A stretch of 64,000 bases of DNA, from contig OX597814.1 in the NCBI GenBank assembly GCA_951406725.2, positions 143,840,001-143,904,000 on the forward strand, read 5' to 3'. This document shows positions 40,060 through 53,941 of this stretch, piece after piece. The translations under genes were made by a program, and so were the position numbers. Origin of the DNA: Octopus vulgaris. Its lineage: Eukaryota. How positions within the stretch are numbered: the first letter of the stretch is position 1; the number at the start of each line of letters is the position of its first letter. A model generated the notes under the pieces. That model had not been told where the DNA came from and made no database searches. It was given only the letters and a program-made list of their open reading frames with translations.

Positions 40060-40934
40060 GTATGTGCATTCTGAGATACAGGCATCAGTGCGCGTAAAAT
40101 CCTTATTGTGTACTCTTATTATACACATTTGTATGTTGTTACTGAAAACAAAAATTCATTTATTGTGGGAAAAATGGGAATTATACGGTCAACAGATGCT
40201 GCTCAAAATTATTTGTAAAGAATAATACAGATACTCACTATAACATATGTATGCGTATGCATGTTTGTGTGCTTGTATGAATATGTTTATACATATACAT
40301 ACACACGCACACACACGCACACACACACACACACATATATATATATACACACACAAATATGCGTACGTAATTATATATACTTATACATATACATACATAC
40401 ATGCCCATGTGGAGCTGGAGGAAAGTTTCTTGAAGTACATCTGGCCTCTAATAAACTAAGCAACTATCAGAATCTAACAAATGAATTTATCAAATTTTCT
40501 AATGACAATAACAACCGCTGTCGTTATACTCCATATGAATTTTATATGCATACATGAAGATGATGCTGGCCTTCTCCTAGATACATTCTTTAACAAAAGC
40601 TAAGGGTCTTCCAGCACACCGGATAATAACTAAAAACTTTTGAAGGCCCATGTTGCACGATGGCCGTTGAACCTACACTAGGTTCAGCCATCTTTGTGAC
40701 ATGTGATGCCTTTAAACTTGCTGGTTTTCTTGTAACTTTCCTCATCAGACAAGGCTAATGGGGGCTACCGGTTTTGTCACCGTTGACCCGACCATGCAAC
40801 GGGTTGTAGTGGATTCAGCGTTACTAGTAGCCCATATGAGTGACTTCACAAGTGACCTGACATACACTCATACGCACGTACACACACACACACACACACA
40901 TACAAACACACACGTGCACACTTATATTGTGAGA

Positions 40935-41105
40935 GAAGAAGAAGAAGAAGAAGAAGAAGAAGAAGAAGAAGAAGAAGAAGAAGGAGAAGAAGAAGAAGAA
41001 GAAGAAGAAGAAGAAGAAGAAGAAGAAGAAGAAGAAGAAGAAGAAGAAGAAGAAGAAGAAGAAGAAGAAGAAGAAGAAGAAGAAGAAGAAGAAGAAGAAG
41101 AAGAA
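40935..41105. repeat. (GAA)n microsatellite
   Basis: Direct tandem repeat with a single GGA interruption. Confidence 0.98.
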
Positions 41106-41346
41106 GGATGTTGTGTGGACGCCTCCAGACGACGAAGTAGGCTAGCCCAATACGTAGATATAGAGGGAGAAGTCTAGAAGTCAGAGTAGAGTAGCAGAGA
41201 GAGAGAATAGAGTGAGGTTGAGTAGAAGGCATTCGAACGTGCGACATAACAGTGGTGACGAGGATTTTGTAGCTCACACAGTCAATTTAAAGACAACAGG
41301 CTTCGTAGATTTCTCTGATTTTTAAAAGTTGAACTAGAAAGGCGAT

Positions 41347-41384
<38 letters not shown>

Positions 41385-41559
41385 ATGCGTGTGTGTGCAT
41401 GTGTGAGAGATTCTATGTGTGTGTTCGTATGTACGCATGGAGAGAAGGCAGGAGTAGAATCAGTAAGTTGGTTTTCCTTTTGCTCTAAAAGTGCTTCAGC
41501 AAACATTGTTTTTGCTTATTTATCTGTAATTTCATATCCTATCCTCATCTTTTTCACCT

Positions 41560-43480
41560 TCGTCTTTTAGAACCTGTCAACCTCTTTTACCATTCCATCT
41601 TCTTACATCTTGCCGCGCTTATCTTCACTAAGACCCTGTTTTATCACTACTTCGTCTTCCTTAGCCATTGTCTACAATACAGACTTTCATCTCCAAAGTT
41701 TTCCGTCTTCGTTTCCACCCTGCCTCACATCACCTGCTATTCAGCATTTATTCATTTAATGTCCCCAACGTCTCATGCAGCTATCTTCCGTTCTACCCAA
41801 TCCCAACTCCACATCCTAAACCGCTCTTTCCACTACATTTGCTTCTCATTTTCAGCCGTCTACTCCTCGCCACCCGCACACACCATAAACTGTTTCATCC
41901 ACAGGCTTAACCGCTTTCAAGTCCTTTCCCGTATGAAGACACTCAACCTCTACTCTTCCTCTCCTCCTCTGCTGCCACTCACTCTTCTGTTCCTACCCCT
42001 TCTAATTCTACTTCATCCACAGACACCACATCTCCCAGTTTCTCTATTCCTAAACATCTTAGCTTCTTTGTAGTTGTAATCATCATACATCCTGACATTT
42101 TATTTTCTGAATTCGATCCCCTACTTCTCTCTTGAGCTCTCTTGTTCAATACCCTCAAAAGTTTCAGCCCCATAACGAGATTGAATAATTCCTGCGATGA
42201 GCGAAGCTGTATGTCTTTTAACGCGACTGTTTGCCTGAGTTCTACAACTCAGAAAGATTTATAGATCTTGGCCACCAATAAGTTAAATGTCCGTCTTCCA
42301 ATTCGCAATTCTGGACGCTGTTATTGATCTGTGCCCTCTCTTGGTGGATCGTGTTGACTTCTTCTGTAAGCGATCTCATTGTCTCTGCATCACAAAAACT
42401 GAACGCCCCGCACTTCGCCAGCTCCAAAACCGAGACACCATTGTGATTAAACCAAGGCGGCGAGCTAGCTGAATCGTTAGCACGCCGGACGATATGCGTA
42501 GCCGTATTTCGTCTGCTGTTACGTTGTGATTTCAAATTCCACCGAAGTCGACTTTGACTTTCATCCTTTCGAGGTCGATAAATTAAGTACCAGTTACGCA
42601 CTGGAGTCGATACAATCGACTTAATCCGTTTGTCTGTCCTTGTTTGTCCTCTCTGTGTTTAGCCCCTTGTGTGTAGTAAAGAAATAGAAATAGGTATTTC
42701 GTCTATTTTTACATTCTGAGTTCAAATTCCGCCGAGGTTTTTTTGCCTTTCATCCTTTCGGGGCCAATAAATTAAGTACCAGTTGTGTACTGGGTCTGAT
42801 CTAATCGACTGACCTCCTACCCCAAGATTTCGGGCCTTGTGCCTAGAGCAGAAAATAATATTGTGATTAAACAAGCTGACAGGACTAGTGCGGTGGTTTT
42901 ATAGTGGAATGACCTCTATGGAGAAGCATTAAGTCAAGTGAATAACCCACGTTTTCTGATGATGGTCTTCTCAACCTCAAGTACTTCTTTGACCGATGTA
43001 CAATCCTCAAGTACAGCGCACCTATTCTCCTTCATTTATTCTTAGCATGTCCTTTCTATGAATTATTTCTCTTTGTATGGAGTGGACACGAAAACTAGAA
43101 TTGACCCTGGCTGCACTAACTTTATTGTAAATTACATCGAGATCGAAATCTTTGCCAGTTCAAATTCCCCCTCCCCACCGGAACCATACGGTAGGTACAT
43201 CAAAGATTGCATCTCCCCAACTTACACCTTCCCCACTTAACTTACCATCCTCATCAACTTCTTCGACTCCTTTTATTTAGCCTTTGAGTTCACTTCCACT
43301 ATCTCCTCCTCCTCCTTCTTTAGCATCTTTCTAACCATTGACTAAAACCATTAACTAAAACTCTGTCTTGGGACGTTTTCAATTAAGCCAACAGACTCCT
43401 ACACTTACCTCAATTTCACCTATTGCAACTCCAACTACTCTAAATTTTGCCTCACCGTTCTCCTTTCACAATTCTTACGC
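41560..43480 (+). mobile_element. Highly decayed Penelope-like RT remnant interrupted by a SINE
   Basis: C/T-rich strand; residual IVIK/QAD..SAVV, GRYIKDC and PT..LNF-x-S motifs. Confidence 0.45.
42454..42858 (+). mobile_element. Dimeric SINE family A with target-site duplication
   Basis: Flanked by attgtgattaaac at 42440 and 42860. Confidence 0.88.
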
Positions 43481-43930
43481 CTTCGCCGTCTTCACCACCT
43501 TCACCACCTTCGCCGCCTTTGCAGCCATGATAACATGCATCGAAGTTATTGAAGGAAAATATTGAATAATATCATACTGGAAAAGTGTAAATCATAATTT
43601 AACGGTAGTAAATTTAAAGTTTGTTAAGCTTAACAAAATAGATTATCATGAAAAATTCTCCGCAGCCAGGACTCTTCCCGAACTCTGTAAGCTAGATTTT
43701 CTCTTCTTGTCTTAATAACCGGGAATATATTTTAGTCAAAGGTCAGAAACATCCAAACAGTAAGCGCTGTTTTTCCTCCTATCTGAAGTAGCCTCACCAT
43801 AAAATGTCTTCCTGAAAACCTAGCGCTTATACACAACAACACATACCTTCGAACATGTTTCTAAAAACACTTCCTAACCTCTTTTGCTTCCTCTTTCTCT
43901 AGCTCTCTTTCTACCTGGAGAAGAAGATGC

Positions 43931-44960
43931 ATGAGCGGCAGGTACATTGATGACATACTTATCATTACGTCCCCCAGGGATGAGGCCATTAACATACACC
44001 GGATCTTCAATAACACCAACATAAACATTAAATTCGAGATTGAACATGCAGATGAATTCGGAACCCTCTCTCTACTCGACTTTCAACTCAGGATCATAAA
44101 AGAAGGCTCCATCCATATTTACCAACTTCTACAGAAAAGCCGCTGGTAGAAAACTTTTCGTCCACTACCTGTCAGCCTTACCCATCAGAGCCAAAGCCAC
44201 ATACGTGAGAAACGACATGTCACGTATAAACAACAATTGCTGCGACGTGACCGACAAAGCCGTCAAAACCAAGCAGTTCCTCAGAGACCTAACTCTGAAT
44301 GGCTACACACCATCTTTAGCAAAACAACAGCACCTAAAGAACATCAGGGTAAAAAAAACCCGGAAGAATCATTATACTCCCAATTCTGGCACATGTCTTC
44401 TAAAGCTACCACAATTTGACGACAGAATTACTGCAGCGATACATCACGCAGTCGGCAGGGAAGGACTCGACATACAGATAGTGTACACCGGCCATTCCCT
44501 GAGGAAAGCTCTGTCCAAGAACAACACCGCTCACTACTCCAAGGAGTGCATATTATCGAACTGCCCCATCAATGACTTTGAATTGTGCCAGAGGACCTAT
44601 ACGAGATCATCGGTAGCAAATGTGGCCCATCCTACATAAGGAGCTCAACAAGAAAACTGCATATACGCATAAAGGAACCCATGCAGGCAGACACTTCCGT
44701 GAAGAAACATCTACGGAAATGCCAGACCCAGGAATTCACAAGACAACACAGCGGAACAGGGGTAACCTTAGAATCCCTGAGGCCATCCTCATACACCAAA
44801 AGAAACCTAAGATCAACAATAGAAGAGAGTTACAGGAAGCTAGCTGGTTGCTATAGCAACACCTTTCTGTGCATGTCCACTCCACACATGCTCAAATTCG
44901 AGCAAATCAGTAACATTCGTTAATTTCTAGAAAATGGGGTCATAACCCCGAAATATTGAA
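43931..44960 (+). mobile_element. Penelope-like element 3' half (RT C-terminus plus GIY-YIG), frameshifted
   Basis: RYIDD, LSLLDFQL, FYRKA, SALP, C..SNCP...LC, SYIRSSTRKLHIRIKE, EAILI...PKINNRRE; followed by long (TA)n. Confidence 0.8.
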
Positions 44961-45082
44961 TACAAGGCAAGTCTACATTAATTCATATATTTGTTTACTT
45001 GTGATTTGCCTTGCATTTGCTTCACATTGTTGTAGCCTTATCCACGATCCTTTATACAATATGTTCTACACAAAGCTTCATA

Positions 45083-45337
<255 letters not shown>

Positions 45338-45414
45338 TGGATAATAAAGCAAATGTGTCGAAACAATTGTCGTGATTATTAAATTCTCGTATATTCCATC
45401 TTCCGCCTTTCATT

Positions 45415-45507
<93 letters not shown>

Positions 45508-46477
45508 TGTATGTATGTATGTATGTGTGTGTGTGTCAGTGCGTGTGTGTGCATACATACTTAAACACACTCGCACATACACTCGCACACATTCATTCTA
45601 TCTCATCAAAGACTTTGTGAAATTGTTTAATCACAGAAATCAATCAAACAATCTGATTCGTCCTTAATAACAGTTGCCTTTAATTGTTCATTGTAAACAA
45701 ACATATTTATTATTTTACAAGTAAAATACGATGCCTATTGATACCTTGCCAAGTACAGGGCTGATTTTCTTCATGATTACCTTATAAGGAAATTTGCCTA
45801 AATAATTAATATATATGAATATGAGATTTTATTTGTACTTATACATGATCTTTGAGAATTTTATCATTATACTAAAAATTACGTGTATCAGATTGGTGGT
45901 ATCGGTAGATCGTTTGACAGTACATAGAATGGCAGTAACGGTAGTGCCATGCATTAGTTGTTCGGGTTCTTTATGTTTTCATGTTCAACTCCCACCAACG
46001 TCACTTTGACTTTCTTGATTCTGTAGTCAATAAAATATACTACTAGTGATGTACTGGGTATCAATATCATCGCATCTTTCCTTTCCAATAATTGCTGATC
46101 CTGTGTCTATTTTTGAATGAATAATTACTAGCAAATATTATTCGAAAAATAATGATGTGTATGTATGTTTTCTTAGCTAATATTTACATAATTCTAGCGT
46201 TCTGACTTTCATTCTTGCAGATATTGTCTGTAATAGGTTATGAAAACTTTACGGGCATAGCTCAACTGTTGTTGTCTCTGGATTCCAGAGAGTTCTTGTA
46301 ATTGTGTGCATGCATTGATGTATTGTATGTTAATTCTTTTCTATAGCACAATGCGTAAAAGGGAGTATTTTTAAGTTCTTGCTAATTATTCAAAGACCAA
46401 GGATATCATGATACTTTTGATCAAAACTTTAGACTCCCGAGTAACACCTGTTATATATTCATCTGAAAAACTAGTAC

Positions 46478-46516
<39 letters not shown>

Positions 46517-46519
46517 TAC

Positions 46520-46658
46520 ACATAAAATTTTATAATTAGGAGTATAATTATAATTAGAGTTCAGCAAAAATTTGCTTCACCACATACCGAAGTTTAGAAA
46601 TAGCAGTTAAAACTATTTCACTAATTATAATTATACTCCTAATTATAAAATTTTATGT
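46520..46658. repeat. Perfect 38-bp inverted repeat with 63-nt spacer
   Basis: acataaaattttataattaggagtataattataattag (46520-46557) and its reverse complement (46621-46658). Confidence 0.9.
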
Positions 46659-47099
46659 ATAAGTTTACCGATAACGGTTCTTTTAACATACCGAACTACT
46701 TGGTAAAATTATTAATAATTAATTAATTAATTAATTTTACCCTTTATTATTATGGATATATATATATATATATATATATATACGTGCACGTGTGTATATA
46801 TTTGTGAATGTGTGTGTGTGTGAGTGTCTGTTTGTGTGTTTATGTGTGTGTGTGTATATGTGTGCGTAAGAGTCTGAGTTTCTCAACAAAAAATACAACC
46901 GATATTTCTCGAGCATCTAAAGTTCCGTTTCAAAGTATCCTGAAATAATTAACAAAACATAGAATATACTTTGCCGTACGCATCGTCATATTTATCCTGT
47001 TTGAAAAACAAACTTAGCATACATACATACATACATACATACATACATACATACATACATACATACATACATACATACATACATACATACATAAAAGAA

Positions 47100-48630
47100 T
47101 AGAATTAATGTCACCCACACATTTTTTGTTGAGGACCTAAAATTATATTCTGGTAATATGATCAACAACAAGAGACACTTAGAACTAGTCACAACATTCT
47201 CACGAGATATAGGAGTGGAATTTGGGCAAGATAAACGCACATACACGATAGTCAACCGATGAAAGATTGTCGACCAGAGAGAGAACATGTATATCAATGG
47301 CTTATTTATCTCCCTTATCTCTAATGTTGAAAGCTAGATGTACCTCGGAATCGATGAGAGTGCTGCATACGTTGGTGCTGTGACTAAAGCCAGAATATCA
47401 AAAGAGCATTTCTCTAGACTCCGGAAGATACGGAACTCAGAGCTGTTTGTATTTAACAAGACCGTATCTCACAATACTTTCGTAGCACCAGTGCTAGTGC
47501 CAACATTTGAGATACTGGACAGAACACTCGGTGAGATACGAAGCCAGAAACGTACTGACCACCGCTAGCAACATCCACATTAACAGCGACACTGATAGGA
47601 TTTATGTGAGATGAAGTGATGGTGGTAGATACATAATGTCAGTTCAAACAGCCTTTGAATGTCGCATTGTATCACTCAAGTAATACCTATTGTACAGTAA
47701 AGAAAGAAATGAGCACATTCCATGCATACTCTAAAATGAGACATTTTCAGATTGGAGAAAAACTACTGTGCGGGTACTTTGAGAATACAATTGTCTCATG
47801 CAACCCTAAGGAGGCTGGACTAGCCTACCTAAACAGAAGCTTGGGAAGAAGCTGGCATCATATCAACAAAAAGCAATGCATGGATGCATATTTCGTATGC
47901 TATAGGGTAACAACAGCATTGACAGGAAGAGTAGACTTTCCTGGACCTGTAATAGATAGATTGCATCTCACCTAGAAGGATATGCCTTCGCTACCCAGGA
48001 ACAGCAAACAGCTGCTAAATACCTGATAAATAAGAGGGACAAAGATACCAGTAAACTTGCAAAATGTGATCTAAAAAATGTCGGCTCTGCTATACCAGTG
48101 CCACAAAATGTCTGCAGAGTACTACCTGCCCCTCAGGCATGATATATTTGCAAAGATTATTTACAATGCCATCTGCAGGAAGGACTGCGCTGACGTATAC
48201 ATCAAAGGCTTGTCAGAACCGGCAGGTATTCACACCTTTAAAAACAAAGAATACTGTAGAACACAGAAATAAAAGCATCAATTCGGTACAAACATAACGG
48301 ACCTGATATAGTTTTATGTGACAGGGAACAAACGTCATGCACTGTTGTAGAGGCTAGTTGCTCAGTAGATGTGAATGCACAATCAAAAGTCCAGGGAAAA
48401 GAGAACATTGATGGCGAATTAATGCGGAACTTACAGCTTTGGTACCACGACAATGAATTCTCATTTGTACCTATCGTCATAGGTGCTTTAGATTAAGTAC
48501 CAACAAATTTATACAAAAACATAGAAATACTCGGTATGACAAAAAAAAAAGCAAAAGAAACTGACACAAATCTCCAAATCCAACCTATTAATGGCTCTTT
48601 GAGGATTTGTAAGGCATTCCAAAACTTTTC
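47100..48630 (+). mobile_element. Decayed R4/Dong-clade (RLE) non-LTR retrotransposon, 3' part
   Basis: EDLKLY, FSRDIGVEFGQDK, YLGI, GGR, QEQ, RHD, HNGPDIV..D, VPIVIGAL motifs in broken frames. Confidence 0.8.
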
Positions 48631-49651
48631 CATGTGCAATTATGTGAATATATGCACGCACTTGAGTGTATGTATTGACAGCTCAACCAACTCACCAACT
48701 CAACCATATGATTACAAACACCTCGAGCTCTCTTGACCCAAAAGGTCTAGTCACTTTGTTAGCGACGGCTTGAACTCTCTCAAGAACTTAAATAAAACTC
48801 AAAGAAAAATCATACATACATACATACATACATACATACATACATGCATCTATGTATGTATTTTAACATACATACATGCATACATATATACATACATACA
48901 TGCATGCATGCATGTATGTATGTATGCATGTATGTACGTATGTACGTATGTACGTATGTATGTATGTATGTATGTATGTATGTATGTTAAAATTTAAAAC
49001 TATTAAAGACGGCGAACTGGTAGAATCGTTAGCACGTCGAACAAAATACTTAGCAGCATTTCATGTCTTTGCGTTCTGAATTCACATTTCGCCGATGTCG
49101 CTTGTGCCCTGGATTTAATCTCAATAGTTAAGATTGTTTAGTTTGATCTTTCCCATTGTTTAATTAAGTTAAAGATTTCGATTTCGTTTTGTAGTGAAGT
49201 GCATCACTTGGACGTATGTCGGAACAAGAGGAATTGTACTTGAGATTGAAAGAGCTGACAATATTAGAATGATATTGTTTACTACAATATACCTGTTATC
49301 GTCTTACCGTTTACTTGTTTCAGTCATTGGACTGCAGCCATCCTGGGAAACACATCGAAGGGTCTTAGTTGAAAAAATCGACTCCAGGGTTTATTTTCCT
49401 ATAGTCTGGTACATATTCTCTTATTCAATCGGTCTATTTTAAAGGAGCACTAAGTTACAGGACGTAAACAAACGCTGATTCTTAATCGGTAGAGAGTTAA
49501 ACACACACTCATACATATACACACACATACACAAGCATATATTTATATAAATGTATGTATGTAAGTATATATACATATATGTATATATATATTACGAAGA
49601 TGTACTTGCATAGTAAGTGACCTGATCTGGGATTGTGTGGTGGGACGAAAA

Positions 49652-49906
49652 CAATTGCAGCGTGGAAGGTATTTATAAGCCATTTAAGAAACACACAAAA
49701 ACCGTTAGACTCACTTCAACATTTAAATTTAATTTGCTAAAATATTTTCGTCGCTTTGAGATGCAGCATGGAATTTTGTCAGTGAACAGGTCGCGGTCTC
49801 AAAGCGACGAAAATATTTTGGTAAATTAAATTTAAATGTTGAAGTGAATCTAACGGTTTTTGTGTGTTTATTAAATGGCTTATAAACACCTTCCACACTG
49901 CAATTG
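49652..49906. repeat. Fold-back element with about 110-bp inverted arms, nested in a SINE family B copy (about 49300-50255, minus strand)
   Basis: caattgcagcgtggaagg...cgtcgctttgaga versus tctcaaagcgacg...ccttccacactgcaattg. Confidence 0.88.
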
Positions 49907-49942
49907 TATGTATATATATATATACCCCACAACTCAACTTTG

Positions 49943-49997
<55 letters not shown>

Positions 49998-50609
49998 TGT
50001 TTGTGTGTGTGTGTGTATATATATGTAAATATGTATGTATGTATACATATATATATATATGTATATGTATGTATGTATAGATATATAGATATACGTTGGG
50101 CTTCATTCAGTTTCCGCCTACCATATCCACTGACAAGGCTTTGATCGGTCCAGGACTATAGTAGAAGATAATTACCCAACATTCCACGCACTGGACTGAA
50201 TCTGAAACCACTTGGTTGGAAAGTAAACCTCTTACAATACAGGCACATCTGCGCTTATACTTCATTTCTTCGATTTTATTGTTTCAATCTAGTTTATACA
50301 CATTTTCGGCTTTATCAGAAAATGCACACTCAAACACATACATGCACACACATAAAGAAACACAGACTCATACACACGCACACACACACACACATACACA
50401 TGATACATGTTTGATTGTTAGTAAAATATTTAGTTACACCCTCTTGCATACGTTACATTAACAAATACTAATTATTAGTTATTTCTTACGTTTTCGTATC
50501 TGGTTTGCGAGATTCCTTATGTGATTTCGCGTATTGAAAACAATTTTGTTGTGACTGGAGAGAATCATATTGTCTTAATATAACATACTCACCGGTTCAA
50601 TTTCTACTT

Positions 50610-50980
50610 GTTTATTTATTCGTTTATTTATTTCAGAAAGCTTTTACGTCACCGCATTTGCGACCGTATGAAAGGATTCTGACTCTGTCCGTTATTGAAG
50701 CTACATTCCTTTTTTTTTTGTGAGACTTTGATGCGTGATTTCGTTGTGAGTGTGTGTGTGCGCCATCGTGCTTGGGTACTTGTGTATACATACATTCATA
50801 CATATATACCTACACACACATATACATAGACAAGCACACACGCACACACATACATATACACACACGCATAACGAAATCTCGGATCAAAATCTCACAAAAA
50901 ACGCAGCTTCAATAACAGACAGAGTGAAAATCCTTTGATACGGTCGGAAATGCAGCGATTAAAAAGCTTTCTGGAGCGAA

Positions 50981-50995
<15 letters not shown>
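50610..50995. repeat. Diverged inverted repeat with about 140-bp arms around a TG/CA core
   Basis: cagaaagctttt...gttattgaagct...gatttcgtt versus aacgaaatc...agcttcaataac...aaaagctttctg. Confidence 0.75.
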
Positions 50996-51011
<16 letters not shown>

Positions 51012-51795
51012 AGAGTTGCACTGGCAAATGTTCAGGGACGTGTAAAATTCATCCGTAATAGTGACAATTTTGCTATCAGGTGAAAATCCTGTTTTGCTTT
51101 CTATCAGTATTCTATGACATACAACTGCATGTTCTTACCCTGTGGGCAATTATAGAAGTCCTCCTCAGAGCCACCTTTCAGATATACGTGAATATATATG
51201 GAGCTCTAAATACTGATTATTTGCTGAGCATATTGAATTATAAATCTCACTATATATGTGTGTGTATGTGTTTATGTAGAAGGAATGGGATTGTGGTCAG
51301 AAGTTTTTATCTTCCTCTCCTCATATACTATAGTATAATATAGAACTGAGTCAGATGATGGATCTAATTGCCAATCTGTTGGACAATCTTCACTACCTTT
51401 TACTCTTAACTTTGAAATGGCACTCTGTTTGTTACAACAACGTGGATTCTAGTTGATCCGATTAATGGAACCACCTGTTCGTGAAATTAACGTGCAAGTG
51501 GCGTTGCACTCTACAGACATGTGCACACTTGACATAGTTCTCATGGAAATTCAGTGTGACACAGAATACAACAATGCTGGTCCTTTGAAACACAGATACT
51601 AATCATTTTTGCCAGCTGAGTGGACCGGCGCAACATAAAATAAAGTGTGTCTTTCTCTATGACGCAACGCGTCGCCAGGAATCAAACTCATGACCTTACG
51701 ATTGTGAGCCGAATGCCCTAATCACTTAGCCATTTGCCTTCACCGCTCTTACCTTCAGTCAACATTTAATACTAGCCATCATCTCCGACTATTAG

Positions 51796-51995
51796 GGTGG
51801 CGAGCTAGCAGAATCGTTAGCACGTCGAGCAAAATACTTAGCGCTATTTTGTTTGACGTTACGTTCTGAGTTCAAATTCTGCCGAGGTTGACTTTGCCTT
51901 TCATCCTTTCGGGTTCGATGTAATCAACTTAATCTCTTTGTTTGTCCTTGTTTGTTCCCTCTATGTTTAGCCCCTTGTGGGCAATAAAGAAATAA
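51796..51995 (+). mobile_element. SINE family A copy
   Basis: Matches the family consensus. Confidence 0.8.
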
Positions 51996-52206
51996 ATAAT
52001 TATATCTCACTATTAAGCAAGCCGCAAGTGCAATATCTCTCTGAGATTAACCTATCTATCGTTAACTTGTCTTTGTTTATTAGGATACATGTTATTCTAT
52101 AATGTAATTTTTCAAACAGCGGAATCTGCACTTAAGCAGGGATGCACACTCATCACACTATTAATCTTATACACTTGTACATTAGCAACAATAATTTTGG
52201 TGGAAA

Positions 52207-52590
52207 ATGGCGGCGAATGGCAGAAACGTTAGCACGTCGGGCGAAATGCTTAGCGATATTTCATCTGCCGTTATGTTCTGAGTTCAAATCCCGCCGAGGT
52301 CGACTTTGCCTTTCATCCTTTCGGTGTCGATTAAATAAGTACCAGTTACGCACTGGGGTCGATATAATCGACTTAATCCGTTTGTCCTCTCTGTGTTTAG
52401 CTCCTTGTGGGTTGTGAAGAAATAGGTATTTCATCTATCTTTACGTTCTGAGTTCAAATTCCGCCGAGGTCGACGTTGCCTTTCATCCTTTCGGAGTCGA
52501 TAAATTAAGTGCCAGTTGCGTAACTGAGATCGATCTAATCGACTGGCCCCCTCCCCAAAAATTTCGGGTTTTGTGCCTAGAGTAAAAAAA
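52207..52590 (+). mobile_element. Dimeric SINE family A with target-site duplication
   Basis: Flanked by aataattttggtg(g)aaaa. Confidence 0.85.
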
Positions 52591-52670
52591 AATAATTTTG
52601 GTGAAAAGTACCACTTTATCTATTTATATAAATTAATATACTACCTGTGCCAATCAGACTAATGCTATTA

Positions 52671-53941
52671 TTGGGTTGGCAACTAAGTTCCCGCCATTTT
52701 GGAATTTAATCCGTTTTTAAATTTTGGAATCTATTTTTTTCGAGAATTCTATTTTTGAATTATTTTGGAATCTATTTTGTTTTTTTCTAGTTAATTTTAA
52801 TTTTTGTTTATTTTCAGATCATTAAAATGGAATATCAAGTTAAGAAAAACGAGCATTTTCGACACCTCCTTCTTTTTGCTTTTAATCAAGGTTCTAAGGC
52901 CGCAAGAACTGCTCGCGATATTTGAACTGTGTATGGAGAGGGTGCTATAGCTGAAAGAACCGCTCTTGATTGGTATGCCAAGTTCAAAAATGGAAATTTT
53001 GACCTCAAAAATGCACCTAGTTTTGACCGTCCAGTTGAGTTCGATTAAGAGGGATTAAACCAACTTTTGTAGGAAAATTCTCGTCAAACAACAAGGGAAC
53101 TGGCAGAGAGAATGGAATGCTTCCACACTGCTATAGAGAAGTATCTTCACTCGATGAGAGAGGTTCAGAAGTATGAAGCATGGGTTTCGCATGCTTTAAG
53201 TGACAACAACAAAAATCAATAAGCCACAATCTCCGCTGGTTTGCTTGCTCATCACCGCTGAACTCATGAATATAAGCAACGATTTCTTTACCGAATCGTT
53301 ACTGGCGACGAAAAATGGTGCCTGTGCATCAATATGAAGCAGAGTACGGAATGGCTTAGTCCCATGCTAAGCGACCGTGCATGAAACAAGATCTTCATCC
53401 GCGTAAAACGATATTATGAGTATGGTGGGACTGGGAAGGGATTATCTATTACGAATTGCTTGAACGAAACCAAACGGTCAACGTGGAATTCTATGTCCAA
53501 CAGATGGAACGACACAGCACGGCTATTCAAGAGAAAAGTCCTAATCGGCAGCATGGAGTTCTGTTGCACGACAACGCCCGCCCTCATATCGCCAAAATGA
53601 CCGAGGAAACCATTCAAACGCATGGATGAGAAGTGGTGCCACACCTACCATACTCTCCTGATTTGGCACCAACGGATTTCCACCTCTTTCAATCTCTTTC
53701 AAATGCTATGCGTGGAGTTTCGTCCAATACTGATGCAGAATTGAGAGCTTTGTTGGCTCAATTTTTCGAGTCAAAATCGGGTGATTTCTACCAACGAGGT
53801 ATTGAAAATTTTGTTGAACGTTGGGAAGAAGTTGTAAACAACAAGGGTGAATACATTATAGATTAATTAGTTGTTATTTTTTATTAAACCTTTTAAAAAA
53901 TTTTAATTTAAAAAACAGCGGGAACTTAGTTGCCAACCCAA
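52671..53941 (+). mobile_element. Full-length mariner (DD34D, mellifera-subfamily-like), inactivated
   Basis: Perfect 24-bp TIR ttgggttggcaactaagttcccgc, TA duplication on both sides, 1271 bp. Confidence 0.95.
52827..53866 (+). pseudogene. Disrupted mariner transposase
   Basis: MEYQVKKNEHFRHLLLF, WVSHAL, TGDEKW, HDNARPH, YSPDLAPTDFHLF; in-frame stops and indels. Confidence 0.92.

Noticed and set aside
40758-41277. Poly-Glu and poly-Leu ORFs
   Set aside because: Products of the (GAA)n microsatellite; no coding context
46385-46462. Minus-strand LIKSIMISLVF, resembling the peptide family signal sequence
   Set aside because: No in-frame start at the expected place, an immediate stop and no Cys framework; not supportable as a fourth paralogue
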